Source of the DNA: an uncultured Verrucomicrobiota bacterium
Lineage (GTDB): Bacteria > Verrucomicrobiota > Verrucomicrobiia > Limisphaerales > JADLHS01
NCBI GenBank assembly: GCA_903828255.1
Contig: CAIKLQ010000829.1
Coordinates: 7,824 to 71,823 of the forward strand
DNA: 64,000 nt
Direction: 5' to 3'
Part shown: positions 46,170 to 54,404 of the stretch, one piece after another
How the letters are laid out: each line of letters begins with the position of its first letter
Numbering within the stretch: position 1 is the first letter of the stretch
Program-made: the position numbers and the translations under genes
Notes under the pieces: generated by a model
What the model was told of the DNA's origin: nothing
The model's database searches: none
Seen by the model: the letters and a program-made list of their open reading frames with translations, nothing else

Positions 46170-47786
46170 ATGCCGCTGTCATCTGCCATCGCCAAGTGTT
46201 TTGCCCGCCCGTGGTTTGTCTTCGCGTTCGTGTTCGCGTGGAAGATCGCGCTGTTCGTTACGACCTTTCAGCCCGTGCCCGCGAATGACGCTTACTTTTA
46301 CGACGGCCCGGTGGTGAACCTGTTGAATGGCGGCGGCTATTTCAATCCCTCACTCGCACTGGCGCTGCCGATTTCAAGCACGGAAATCTTTTGCGCCTAT
46401 CCGCCGGCGTATCAAGCTGTGCTCTGGGGATGGATGTCGGTGTTCGGCACGAGCGAGGTGGCGGCGATGTTGTTGCACCTGGCTTTGTTCGGGGCGTATC
46501 TGCTCGTGCTTCTGGAAATTTTTCGCCGATTGAAGACGCCAGCGATCTGGATCAATGTCGCGGGACTGTTTCTTTTCGTCATCACGTTTCACGATCGGCC
46601 GGATAGTCTGGCGCAATTATTTGGCGTCTCAGCGGTGCTGGCTTGGGTCTGCGCCCGGGAAACGCGCTCCGGGATGCTGGGAAGCGGGCGGGATTGGCTG
46701 GCGACGGGATTGGTGGTTCTGACGCTCTGCACCAGTTTGCAACTGGGGGGAGTTTACCTCTGCTGGATTTGGTTGCTGAACCTCCTGGGCTTGGCGATGC
46801 GCAAGGAGCCGATCCGTGTGGCGCCGTTGATGGCCACGGTCTTGATTCCCGTAGCCTTGGTGGCGCTGGTGAAATTCGGTTACCCGCGACTATGGGTGGG
46901 CTTTCAGGAACACGCGCAGCAGACACCGTCGGTCGCCGGTTGGCGGTGGCCGCGTCTCGATGATTGCCTGAAAGTTCTGCGCACCGGGCCGGGTTTGTGC
47001 GGAGTGATCACTCTGGTCGGTTGGTTGGGGTTGCGGCTTTTTAGGGACGGGAGCGCGAAGCTCCAGCTTCGCGCTCCGGGCAAATCCCTGCGCCCAGCCA
47101 CGCTCCTTGAGGTGTGTGGCTCAACCACGTCTGCGCTCGTCGCGCTGGGGGGGGCGGCGGCGGTGGCGGGGATTGCGCTCGCAGCCTTGGTTTTTCTGAC
47201 GCCGAATTTTGCGCTCTCCATCGGCTACATACAGCCGTTGGTCGTGGGCAGTTTCGTGGCTGCCTGCGGCGGCCAATGGGCGACCCGCGGCCAACAACGA
47301 CTTTGGATTTCCATTTTCGTGGTTTTGGCGGCGGGGGGGGCGGTGCGCGCCGTGGGCATGAGCACTTGGGGCGTGGCTTGCGCGGCCGACGTCAGTCACG
47401 GCCAGGCGATCCAACAAGTGCGAGCGAGCCTCGACCGCACGCCACCCGGCGCGATGGTGGCGGTCTCGGCGGCGTTTCTTTACGAGGCGGCGCGGCACAA
47501 GGATTTGCGCGCCATTCATTCCGACTGGTTGGCCCCGGGCCGTCACACCGAGCATCTCATCAACCTGGTTATCAAGCATCGCCCGGCCAAGTTGATTCTG
47601 ACCGAGTTCGATTACTACCGGCACTACGAAGCACCCGTGCGGCAGTTGCAGACGCTGAATCAACAGGTCGAGGTCAAAATCAGCGACGCGGCGAGAATTC
47701 CCGTGCCCGATGCCTCGCGCCGTTTGCAAAAAGTCGTCCAGCATATTTCGTGGTCGCCGGTGATCGTGGAACTAACCTGGCATTGA
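46170..47786 (+). CDS. polytopic membrane protein, GT-C-like glycosyltransferase candidate
   Basis: About 10 predicted TM stretches are present. The first loop carries an acidic/aromatic motif (PANDAYFYDGPVVNLLNGGGYF) reminiscent of the GT-C first-loop motif. The last ~140 aa are soluble. It is divergent from the UbiA operon. The family call is weak. Confidence 0.4.
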   Translation: MPLSSAIAKCFARPWFVFAFVFAWKIALFVTTFQPVPANDAYFYDGPVVNLLNGGGYFNPSLALALPISSTEIFCAYPPAYQAVLWGWMSVFGTSEVAAMLLHLALFGAYLLVLLEIFRRLKTPAIWINVAGLFLFVITFHDRPDSLAQLFGVSAVLAWVCARETRSGMLGSGRDWLATGLVVLTLCTSLQLGGVYLCWIWLLNLLGLAMRKEPIRVAPLMATVLIPVALVALVKFGYPRLWVGFQEHAQQTPSVAGWRWPRLDDCLKVLRTGPGLCGVITLVGWLGLRLFRDGSAKLQLRAPGKSLRPATLLEVCGSTTSALVALGGAAAVAGIALAALVFLTPNFALSIGYIQPLVVGSFVAACGGQWATRGQQRLWISIFVVLAAGGAVRAVGMSTWGVACAADVSHGQAIQQVRASLDRTPPGAMVAVSAAFLYEAARHKDLRAIHSDWLAPGRHTEHLINLVIKHRPAKLILTEFDYYRHYEAPVRQLQTLNQQVEVKISDAARIPVPDASRRLQKVVQHISWSPVIVELTWH

Positions 47787-47804
47787 ATCCTTGGAGAAAC
47801 TGCT

Positions 47805-48719
47805 ATGAAACAAATTCGTATTGGAAACAGTTCATTAAGCACCACCCGCCTCGCCTACGGATGCTGGCGGATTGCGGAGCCCGGCACTGACGGACGTGCG
47901 GCGGTGCTGGCGGCATACGAGGCCGGTTACACGCTTTTCGATGGCGCTGACATTTACGGCGGCGGCAAGGCGGAAGAAGTTTTTGGCCGCGTGTTGCGCG
48001 AAGTACCCGCGATGCGCGAGCGCGTGCTCATCACCAGCAAGTGCGGCGTGCGCCCTGCCGGCCTGCCGAATCCAGATTCGCCGGGGCGTTACGATCTCTC
48101 CGCCCAATACATCGTGCACGCCTGCGAGCAATCGCTGAAGCGACTGGGCGTTGAAGTGATTGACCTCTACCTGCTCCATCGGCCGGATTTCCTGGCGGAC
48201 CCGCATGAAATTGCCGGCGCGTTCGTGCAATTGCTTGATGCGGGCAAGGTGCGTTATTTCGGGGTGAGCAATTTTCGGCCGAGCTTGGTTTCTGCTTTCC
48301 AGGCGGCTTGTCCGCTGCCACTGGTCGTCAACCAGGTGGAAATCAGCCTCGCGAAACTCGACGCCTTCACAGATGGCACGTTGGATCAATGCCTGGAACG
48401 TAACCTCACGCCAATGGCTTGGAGTCCGCTCGGCGCGGGTTTGCTGGGCCATGGCGCCAGGCGTTTGTTGCCCGCGCAAAAAGCGTATCACCCCGCTGGC
48501 GTCGTGAAAGTGCTGGATGAAGTGGCGCATGCGCGCGGCGTGAGTCGCACGGTTATTGCGTTGGCGTGGCTCCTGAAGCATCCCGGTCGCATCATGCCCA
48601 TCGTCGGCTCAACCGATCCGCAGCGCATCCAGGAAGCCGCGCGGGCGGACGCACTCGAATTGACCCGCGACGAGTGGTATCGCCTGCTATTGGCGGCGCG
48701 GGGCGAACCGTTGCCGTGA
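47805..48719 (+). CDS. aldo/keto reductase
   Basis: LAYGCWRI, FDGADIYGGGKAEEVFG, LITSKCG and DLYLLHRPD are present. Confidence 0.9.
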   Translation: MKQIRIGNSSLSTTRLAYGCWRIAEPGTDGRAAVLAAYEAGYTLFDGADIYGGGKAEEVFGRVLREVPAMRERVLITSKCGVRPAGLPNPDSPGRYDLSAQYIVHACEQSLKRLGVEVIDLYLLHRPDFLADPHEIAGAFVQLLDAGKVRYFGVSNFRPSLVSAFQAACPLPLVVNQVEISLAKLDAFTDGTLDQCLERNLTPMAWSPLGAGLLGHGARRLLPAQKAYHPAGVVKVLDEVAHARGVSRTVIALAWLLKHPGRIMPIVGSTDPQRIQEAARADALELTRDEWYRLLLAARGEPLP

Positions 48720-48941
48720 ATCCGATAGGATTCCCAAACGCCCCGCGCGGGAGCGGCGCAAACTCGGCAGTGCAGACTTCCAAGACCACCAGTATCCCAT
48801 GAGATCGTCGCGGCCGGTGCGAAATTTCGGAACGGGAAAGCAACCACCGAGGCACGAAGGCCGCAGAGGTGGGCAGGCGTTTGTTCTCTGCGGTTGGCTT
48901 GGGTTCGGGTTTCGGTTGCCGCTCGGCTGCGCTGAGTTGTA

Positions 48942-48963
48942 TCGCCGATTTCCCAATCGGCGA
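48942..48963. repeat. 9-bp perfect palindrome (member of a dispersed repeat?)
   Basis: The sequence is tcgccgatt-tccc-aatcggcga. Translating across it gives ..ADWEIGDT.., a motif I recall from spurious ORFs in related genomes (unverified). Confidence 0.45.
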
Positions 48964-49074
48964 GGTATCTGCAACTCCAGAATCGAATTGATCCAGAGCG
49001 AGCTGTCGCCGGGCGGCAGTCGCTACACAACGCTGGCAAAAACCTAGCTTTAGCTTCATTATCGCCGCCTAAAT

Positions 49075-50997
49075 ATGAGCGAGACATCTCAGCAACGATC
49101 CGGGGACTTCCTGAAGATCGCCGACCAATTCAAGCTCGGCGCTCTCACGACCGAGTCGTCTCACCCGGTAACGGCGAATCTGAGTGCGACTGCCAAGCGC
49201 GATATCGCCGCTGGCCTGCGTCTGTTGCTGGATGTGGACGACGATGTCATCCGCACGTATCGCGAGTTCGCGGCGTCGGGCCGCGCCCGGCAGATCGCGG
49301 ACAGGGTGCTGGCTTCGCTCACGAATGGCGGGAAGATTTTCTTCACCGGCTGCGGCTCGACGGGGCGCTTGAGTATTCAGCTCGTTTCGATCTGGCGGAA
49401 TTTTTGGCAGCAGCGAGGTAGCCGCCGAGGTAACGAGGCGCATTCTCCCAACGAGTCAGCGCCTCCTTACGGCGGCTGCTACGATGAGGATTGGGAGAAT
49501 CGCGCGTTCCCGGTCATGGCGGGCGGAGACTTCGCGCTGATCAAAGCCGTGGAGGGTTTCGAGGATTTTACGGCGTTCGGCAAAAAGCAGATCGCGGATC
49601 TCGGCGTGGGCGCGAAGGACGTGGTGTTCGCCATCACGGAAGGCGGCGAGACTTCGTTTGTCATCGGCACGGCCTGGCAAGGCGTGGCGGTGGGTGCAAA
49701 GGTTTATTTCGTGTACAACAATCCCGATGAGATTCTTTGCCAACAGGTGCAACGCAGTCGCGAGATTATTGCGGACGCGCGCATCGAGAAGCTCAATCTC
49801 ACCACCGGGCCGATGGGCATCACCGGTTCGACCCGAATGCAGGCGACGAGCATCCAACTCGCCGTGATCGTCACGGTGCTGGAAATGGTGGTGCGCGATC
49901 TGGTTGGGAGCCGCCGCCGGGAGCCGGCCGAAGGGTTAGCGCCGCCTAACGGCGGCGGCCACGTAGTCAACGAAGTGCCCGCACAGTTTCTCGCCCGGCT
50001 CACCGAACTTCACGCCACGCTGAAATCGCCGGTCGTGCGGTCACAACTTGCCAAGCTCGTTGCGATGGAGGAATCCGTTTATCGCGCCGGGCGGAAGAAT
50101 AATTACTTCGCCGACCGCGTGGGCATTGACATGCTCACCGACACCACCGAACGCTCGCCGACTTATTGCACGCCGCCGTTCCGCAAGTTCGACGATCCGA
50201 CCGCAACCGAGTCCTGGGCTTTTCTCTACGTGCCGTATCCCGATTCGCCGAGTGCCTGGGAATGCGTCTGCAAGCGTGCGCCCCGCTGCGTCGAGTGGTG
50301 CGCGGACGACGTGCGCGGCCTCGTGCCGGACGACAAGTTCGCCCGCACGGTCGAGATCATCGGCAAGATCAGCTACCCGGAACTGATGCGCTTCCGCATT
50401 GGGTTGGATGGGATCCAGAACCGCCCGCTCGGTGCTGGCGACAGCGCGGTCGGACTGGTGGTGCAAGCGGAGAAGCAATCCTTGCTGGCGACGGATGGCT
50501 TTCATCGCCAGCAGCTCGAAGCGGCGCAGAACGCGGGCGCGAAGACCGGTTTGATTTTTCTCGGCTCCTCCGAGAGTTGCTGTGAAGTCGGGGCGTTCGT
50601 CGCGAAATGGAATCCGGATTGCGTGACCGTGCTGGTGCCGTTGCCCATGACCGACCTGTGGCTTGAAGGCGTCATGCGCGTTGGCCTCAAGCTGCTGCTC
50701 AACACGCTCTCGACCTGCACGATGGTGCGGCTCGGGCGCGTGATGGGTAACTACATGATCTGGGTCGTGCCGAGCAACCTGAAGCTGATTGACCGCGCCA
50801 CCCGGTACATTCAGCGACTCACGAATCTGGACTACGAAGCGGCGAACCGATTGCTTTTCGAGGTCATCGAATACGTCGAGCCCCGCATGAAGGCGGATCA
50901 GTCGTATCCGCCGGTGGTCGGCGTGAGCGTGCTGCGGCAGCGGTACGGCTTGAGCAACGAGGAAGCGGAGCGGCGGTTGAAGGCGGAGTTGGGTTGA
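49075..50997 (+). CDS. two-SIS-domain protein of the MurQ / glucokinase-regulator (GckR) family
   Basis: LGALTTESSHPVTANLS, a MurQ/GckR-type motif, and GGKIFFTGCGSTGRLS are present. The 640-aa length fits a double SIS architecture. Two palindromic insertions are present. Confidence 0.65.
   Translation: MSETSQQRSGDFLKIADQFKLGALTTESSHPVTANLSATAKRDIAAGLRLLLDVDDDVIRTYREFAASGRARQIADRVLASLTNGGKIFFTGCGSTGRLSIQLVSIWRNFWQQRGSRRGNEAHSPNESAPPYGGCYDEDWENRAFPVMAGGDFALIKAVEGFEDFTAFGKKQIADLGVGAKDVVFAITEGGETSFVIGTAWQGVAVGAKVYFVYNNPDEILCQQVQRSREIIADARIEKLNLTTGPMGITGSTRMQATSIQLAVIVTVLEMVVRDLVGSRRREPAEGLAPPNGGGHVVNEVPAQFLARLTELHATLKSPVVRSQLAKLVAMEESVYRAGRKNNYFADRVGIDMLTDTTERSPTYCTPPFRKFDDPTATESWAFLYVPYPDSPSAWECVCKRAPRCVEWCADDVRGLVPDDKFARTVEIIGKISYPELMRFRIGLDGIQNRPLGAGDSAVGLVVQAEKQSLLATDGFHRQQLEAAQNAGAKTGLIFLGSSESCCEVGAFVAKWNPDCVTVLVPLPMTDLWLEGVMRVGLKLLLNTLSTCTMVRLGRVMGNYMIWVVPSNLKLIDRATRYIQRLTNLDYEAANRLLFEVIEYVEPRMKADQSYPPVVGVSVLRQRYGLSNEEAERRLKAELG
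49418..49482. repeat. palindromic element inside the SIS-domain gene
   Basis: gtagccgccgaggtaacgaggcgc (49418-49441) pairs with gcgcctccttacggcggctgctac (49459-49482) at 20 of 24 positions. It belongs to the same family as 57957-58042. Confidence 0.8.
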
Positions 50998-51484
50998 ACC
51001 CGTCGCTATTGGGTGGTCATAGAAACATCGTTCTGAGGCCGCGAGTCGCCATCGCCAAAACGGTTTCACCACCCTCACTGTGTCTTCTCCTTCACCGTGA
51101 GGACATCCCTCGCAACCGGGGAAGCCATCTTCGAGCGTTCGGGCACAGCGAGCGTCTTTCCCCACGCGGCGCGGTTCGGCGGAACGAATTGCGGCCGTGT
51201 GCGGGTGTCGAGCACGGAGGGACTGAGAAATTTGATCTTGGGTTGCCGAGGACGTCCCGTCGAAGGGTCCAAGTCTGGCAGCGCCTGCGCCCGGGTGCGC
51301 CGATTGATGACTTTGCCAAATGGCGGTTCGTGGTTGTTGATCCTGCGGTTTCCTTCAATCCGGCATGGTTTCTTGGATCAATTCCAAGCGCCGTTCGTGC
51401 GCCATGCGCTTGGCCAGGTGTTGGACTTCCGGCGGTAGGATCGTCCGCCTCTTCGTAGGGTGACGCGGAGTCTTCTCAGCCGGT

Positions 51485-52804
51485 TCAGAGGGTGGTTCTG
51501 CTGCCTATGGCCAGCTCTGCCCGGAACTTGGCCCAATCAATTTCCCCCTCCCAGATCGCCATGATTACCGCCGCAGTGCAATTGCCGATGTGGTTGGTAA
51601 TCGCCCGCGCCTCCGACATGAACTTATCAATGCCCAGGATCAACGCCATGCCGGCGACGGGCACATCCGGCACCACGGAGAGCGTCGCCGCCAGCGTGAC
51701 AAAGCCGGAACCGGTGACGCCGCTGGCGCCTTTGCTGGTGATCATCGCCACCACTAGGATGTGGAGCTGCTGGCTGAGGGTGAGTTCGATTCCCAATGCC
51801 TGCGCGATGAACAGCGAGGCCAGGGTCATGTAAATATTCGTGCCGTCCAGGTTGAAGGAATACCCCGTGGGCACGACGAGCCCCACGACGGAGCGTGACA
51901 GCCCGAGCCGCTCCAGTTTCTCCATCAGCGGAATCAACGCCGATTCCGAGGAGCTGGTGGCCAGAACGAGGAGCAGTTCGCTTCGGATGTACCGCAGCAG
52001 CAGAAAGATATTGAACCCGGCGATGCGCGCGATCGTTCCGAGCACAAGGACCACGAACAACGTGCAGGTCAGGTAGAACAGGGCGATGAGCCCTCCCAGC
52101 GGCACAAGCGATTTGAGCCCGAACTTCCCGATCGTGAACGCTATTGCCGCCCCGGCTCCCAGCGGAGCCAGCAACAGGACCAGGCGCATCACGCCGAACA
52201 ACAGGTGATTCACCCGCTCGAGAGATTCAATCAGCGGCCGCGCCTGTTCCGGCTTCAATAGCGTCAATGCCACCCCCACTAGCACCGCCACCAGCAACAC
52301 TTGCAGGATGTCTCCCTCGGTGAACGCGCTCAAGAGAGTGCGGGGGATCATCTTCAGCACATGATCCGAAACGGTCATCTGCTGCGCTTTCTCCACGTAA
52401 CCGGCCACTAGCTGGGGATCCAATTGTGAAGGATTCGCGTGGAAGCTCCGCCCCGGGCCGAGCAAGTGCGCCATCCCCAGGCCCAAGACCAGGGCGAAAG
52501 TGCTGACCACTTCGAAGTAAATCAGCGCCTTGGCCCCCACCCGGCCGGCCTTGCGAACCCCGCCCGCGCCCGAAATGCCCAGTACCACCGTGCATAGAAT
52601 CACCGGTGGGATAAGCATCTTGATGAGGTTGATAAACCCCTCCGCCACGGGCTGCATCGCCACGCCGGCGGCCGGCCAAAAATGGCCAACCGCCGCGCCG
52701 ACCAAGATCATCAAGACGACCCAGTTGTAGAGCTTCGACGCGGCGCGCCTGAGCCAACCGGTCGGTTCGGGGGGAAGGGTGGTCTGTTTGGCGTCGGCCG
52801 ACAT
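51485..52804 (-). CDS. dctA: dicarboxylate/amino acid:cation symporter (DctA-like)
   Basis: FINLIKMLIPPVILCTVVLGISG, the SSSESALIPLMEKLE-type motif (TSSSESALIPLMEKLERLG) and ITSKGASGVTGSGFV are present. Confidence 0.85.
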   Translation of the reverse strand: MSADAKQTTLPPEPTGWLRRAASKLYNWVVLMILVGAAVGHFWPAAGVAMQPVAEGFINLIKMLIPPVILCTVVLGISGAGGVRKAGRVGAKALIYFEVVSTFALVLGLGMAHLLGPGRSFHANPSQLDPQLVAGYVEKAQQMTVSDHVLKMIPRTLLSAFTEGDILQVLLVAVLVGVALTLLKPEQARPLIESLERVNHLLFGVMRLVLLLAPLGAGAAIAFTIGKFGLKSLVPLGGLIALFYLTCTLFVVLVLGTIARIAGFNIFLLLRYIRSELLLVLATSSSESALIPLMEKLERLGLSRSVVGLVVPTGYSFNLDGTNIYMTLASLFIAQALGIELTLSQQLHILVVAMITSKGASGVTGSGFVTLAATLSVVPDVPVAGMALILGIDKFMSEARAITNHIGNCTAAVIMAIWEGEIDWAKFRAELAIGSRTTL

Positions 52805-52825
52805 GCTTGATTGAATTGATCGGAG

Positions 52826-53104
52826 CTAGTTCTTCCGGATGCGATAGAAGCGCGGGCGGTTCGGGGCCTGGTTGTCCACGATGGGAAAGTAATTGGACTG
52901 GAGTTGGAAGTTTTGGAGATTCACCCCGTTGGTGGCGGCGAGGTTGGTGGCAACCTGCACGGGGTGGGTGTTGCTGGTGACCGCCGGCGTCACGGTGAGC
53001 GTGGGGGTTTCAGCGGCCCGGCACAGGCCGCCACCCCGACAAAACGCCGCCAAAGCCGCAACGGCGAGCGTAAATTGCTTCAAAGGGTCTTTCACATTAA
53101 ACAT
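52826..53104 (-). CDS. small secreted hypothetical protein
   Basis: The start is at MFNVKD. A signal-like segment FTLAVAALAAFC is present, and the C-terminus ends ..NRPRFYRIRKN. It ends 22 nt upstream of dctA. I recognise no homology. Confidence 0.35.
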   Translation of the reverse strand: MFNVKDPLKQFTLAVAALAAFCRGGGLCRAAETPTLTVTPAVTSNTHPVQVATNLAATNGVNLQNFQLQSNYFPIVDNQAPNRPRFYRIRKN

Positions 53105-53436
53105 TTTCAATTCCGAACCGCGGCGGCAACGTAGTTCGTCTGCTTCGGAAAGCAAGCTGCGTCAACGCGAACCTCTTGCACGAAACGTCCACTTGCCTTC
53201 GAGCTGGCCGCGTTGTTCCCGGCCTCCAATTCCGCCTGGGTTCGCCCGGCCAAAACCCCCGTTCGCGCGACCCGCACCGGGCAACTTGGCGCCGGCTCCG
53301 GACGCGCTCCTCCGGCTTTGATTAGAATGCGCAACTCTATACTTAGCCTCGCCGTGCGAACCGCCGCATTGCCGACCAGCACGCGCGGCAGTCCCCAGCG
53401 CCCCAATTCTCTCTCCCCCGCAACCCTGCGCCGCTA

Positions 53437-54399
53437 CTACTTGTGCGCTTTGTTCGGGGTTGCGGCCGGCGGGGAAGCTGGCGCGGCGGCACCTGGACCA
53501 ACTGCCGGCAACGCGGCAAAGCCTTTGGCTACCAGTTCCGCCGCCTTGGCATCCCGCACCTTCAAGCTGATGCTGTCCAGTACGACCACAATCACGCGCT
53601 GGCCGTGGCGGGCCGCGGTCACGGCAATGGAGTAGCCGGATTGCACAATATAGCCGGTCTTGAATCCATCACACCCTTCGACGTGGCTCAGGAGATGGTT
53701 GTGCGTGCGCATTTGAACCGTCTTTCCAGCCACATTTGGACGAAAGGAATGTTCGCGGGTAGAGGTGTAACGCAAGGTGTCCGGGTGCTTGAGCAGTTCG
53801 CGGCAAAGGAGGGACAGGTCCCGGGCGGTGGTGACGTCATGCTCCTGGCCCGCTGCCGGGGGCAGACCGTGGACGGAGTGAAAGACCGTGCTGGTCATGC
53901 CCAACTCTTTGGCCCGCTGGTTCATGAGTTCGGTGAACCCCGCAGTGCTCCCGGCGACTTTCTCCGCAAGGGCCACGGCCGCGTCGTTGGCCGATTGAAC
54001 CATCAGCGCGTACAACATCTCGTCAACGGGGAACGACTCCTTCTCCGCCAGCCAGACTTGTGAGCCGCCGGTCTTGGAGGCATTGGCACTAACCGGCACC
54101 GGGTCTTGAAGCGAAAGCTGCTTCCGCTCAATCTTCTCCAGGATGATCAACAGATCCATGAGTTTCAGAACACTTGCCGGATAGCCTTTCGCGTCGGCCT
54201 GGTTTTCGTACAGGACCTTGCCAGTGCTGGGGTCCACCACAATCGCCCCCAACCAGGGATCCCGCGAAATCGGCTTCCGGCCCCCCGATTTGGCAGTCGC
54301 CGCAGCGTTGGAGTTGGCCTTGGCCACTGCGGCCTCGGCTATCGGTTGGCCCGAGAGCAACAATAGGATTCCAAGGGTCAACGAGTTCAATAGCTTCAT
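53437..54399 (-). CDS. D-alanyl-D-alanine carboxypeptidase (S11, PBP5-like)
   Basis: A signal peptide (MKLLNSLTLGILLLLSGQPIAEA) and the three PBP motifs SVLK (SxxK), SAND (SxN) and KTGY (KTG) are present. The start is ATG 54399; the track extension upstream is Gly/Arg-rich. Confidence 0.85.
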   Translation of the reverse strand: MKLLNSLTLGILLLLSGQPIAEAAVAKANSNAAATAKSGGRKPISRDPWLGAIVVDPSTGKVLYENQADAKGYPASVLKLMDLLIILEKIERKQLSLQDPVPVSANASKTGGSQVWLAEKESFPVDEMLYALMVQSANDAAVALAEKVAGSTAGFTELMNQRAKELGMTSTVFHSVHGLPPAAGQEHDVTTARDLSLLCRELLKHPDTLRYTSTREHSFRPNVAGKTVQMRTHNHLLSHVEGCDGFKTGYIVQSGYSIAVTAARHGQRVIVVVLDSISLKVRDAKAAELVAKGFAALPAVGPGAAAPASPPAATPNKAHK

Positions 54400-54404
54400 G
54401 GTTT

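Noticed and set aside
50041-51165. 374-aa minus-strand ORF opposite the SIS-domain gene
   Set aside because: Shadow ORF composition. The + strand has SIS/MurQ-type motifs.
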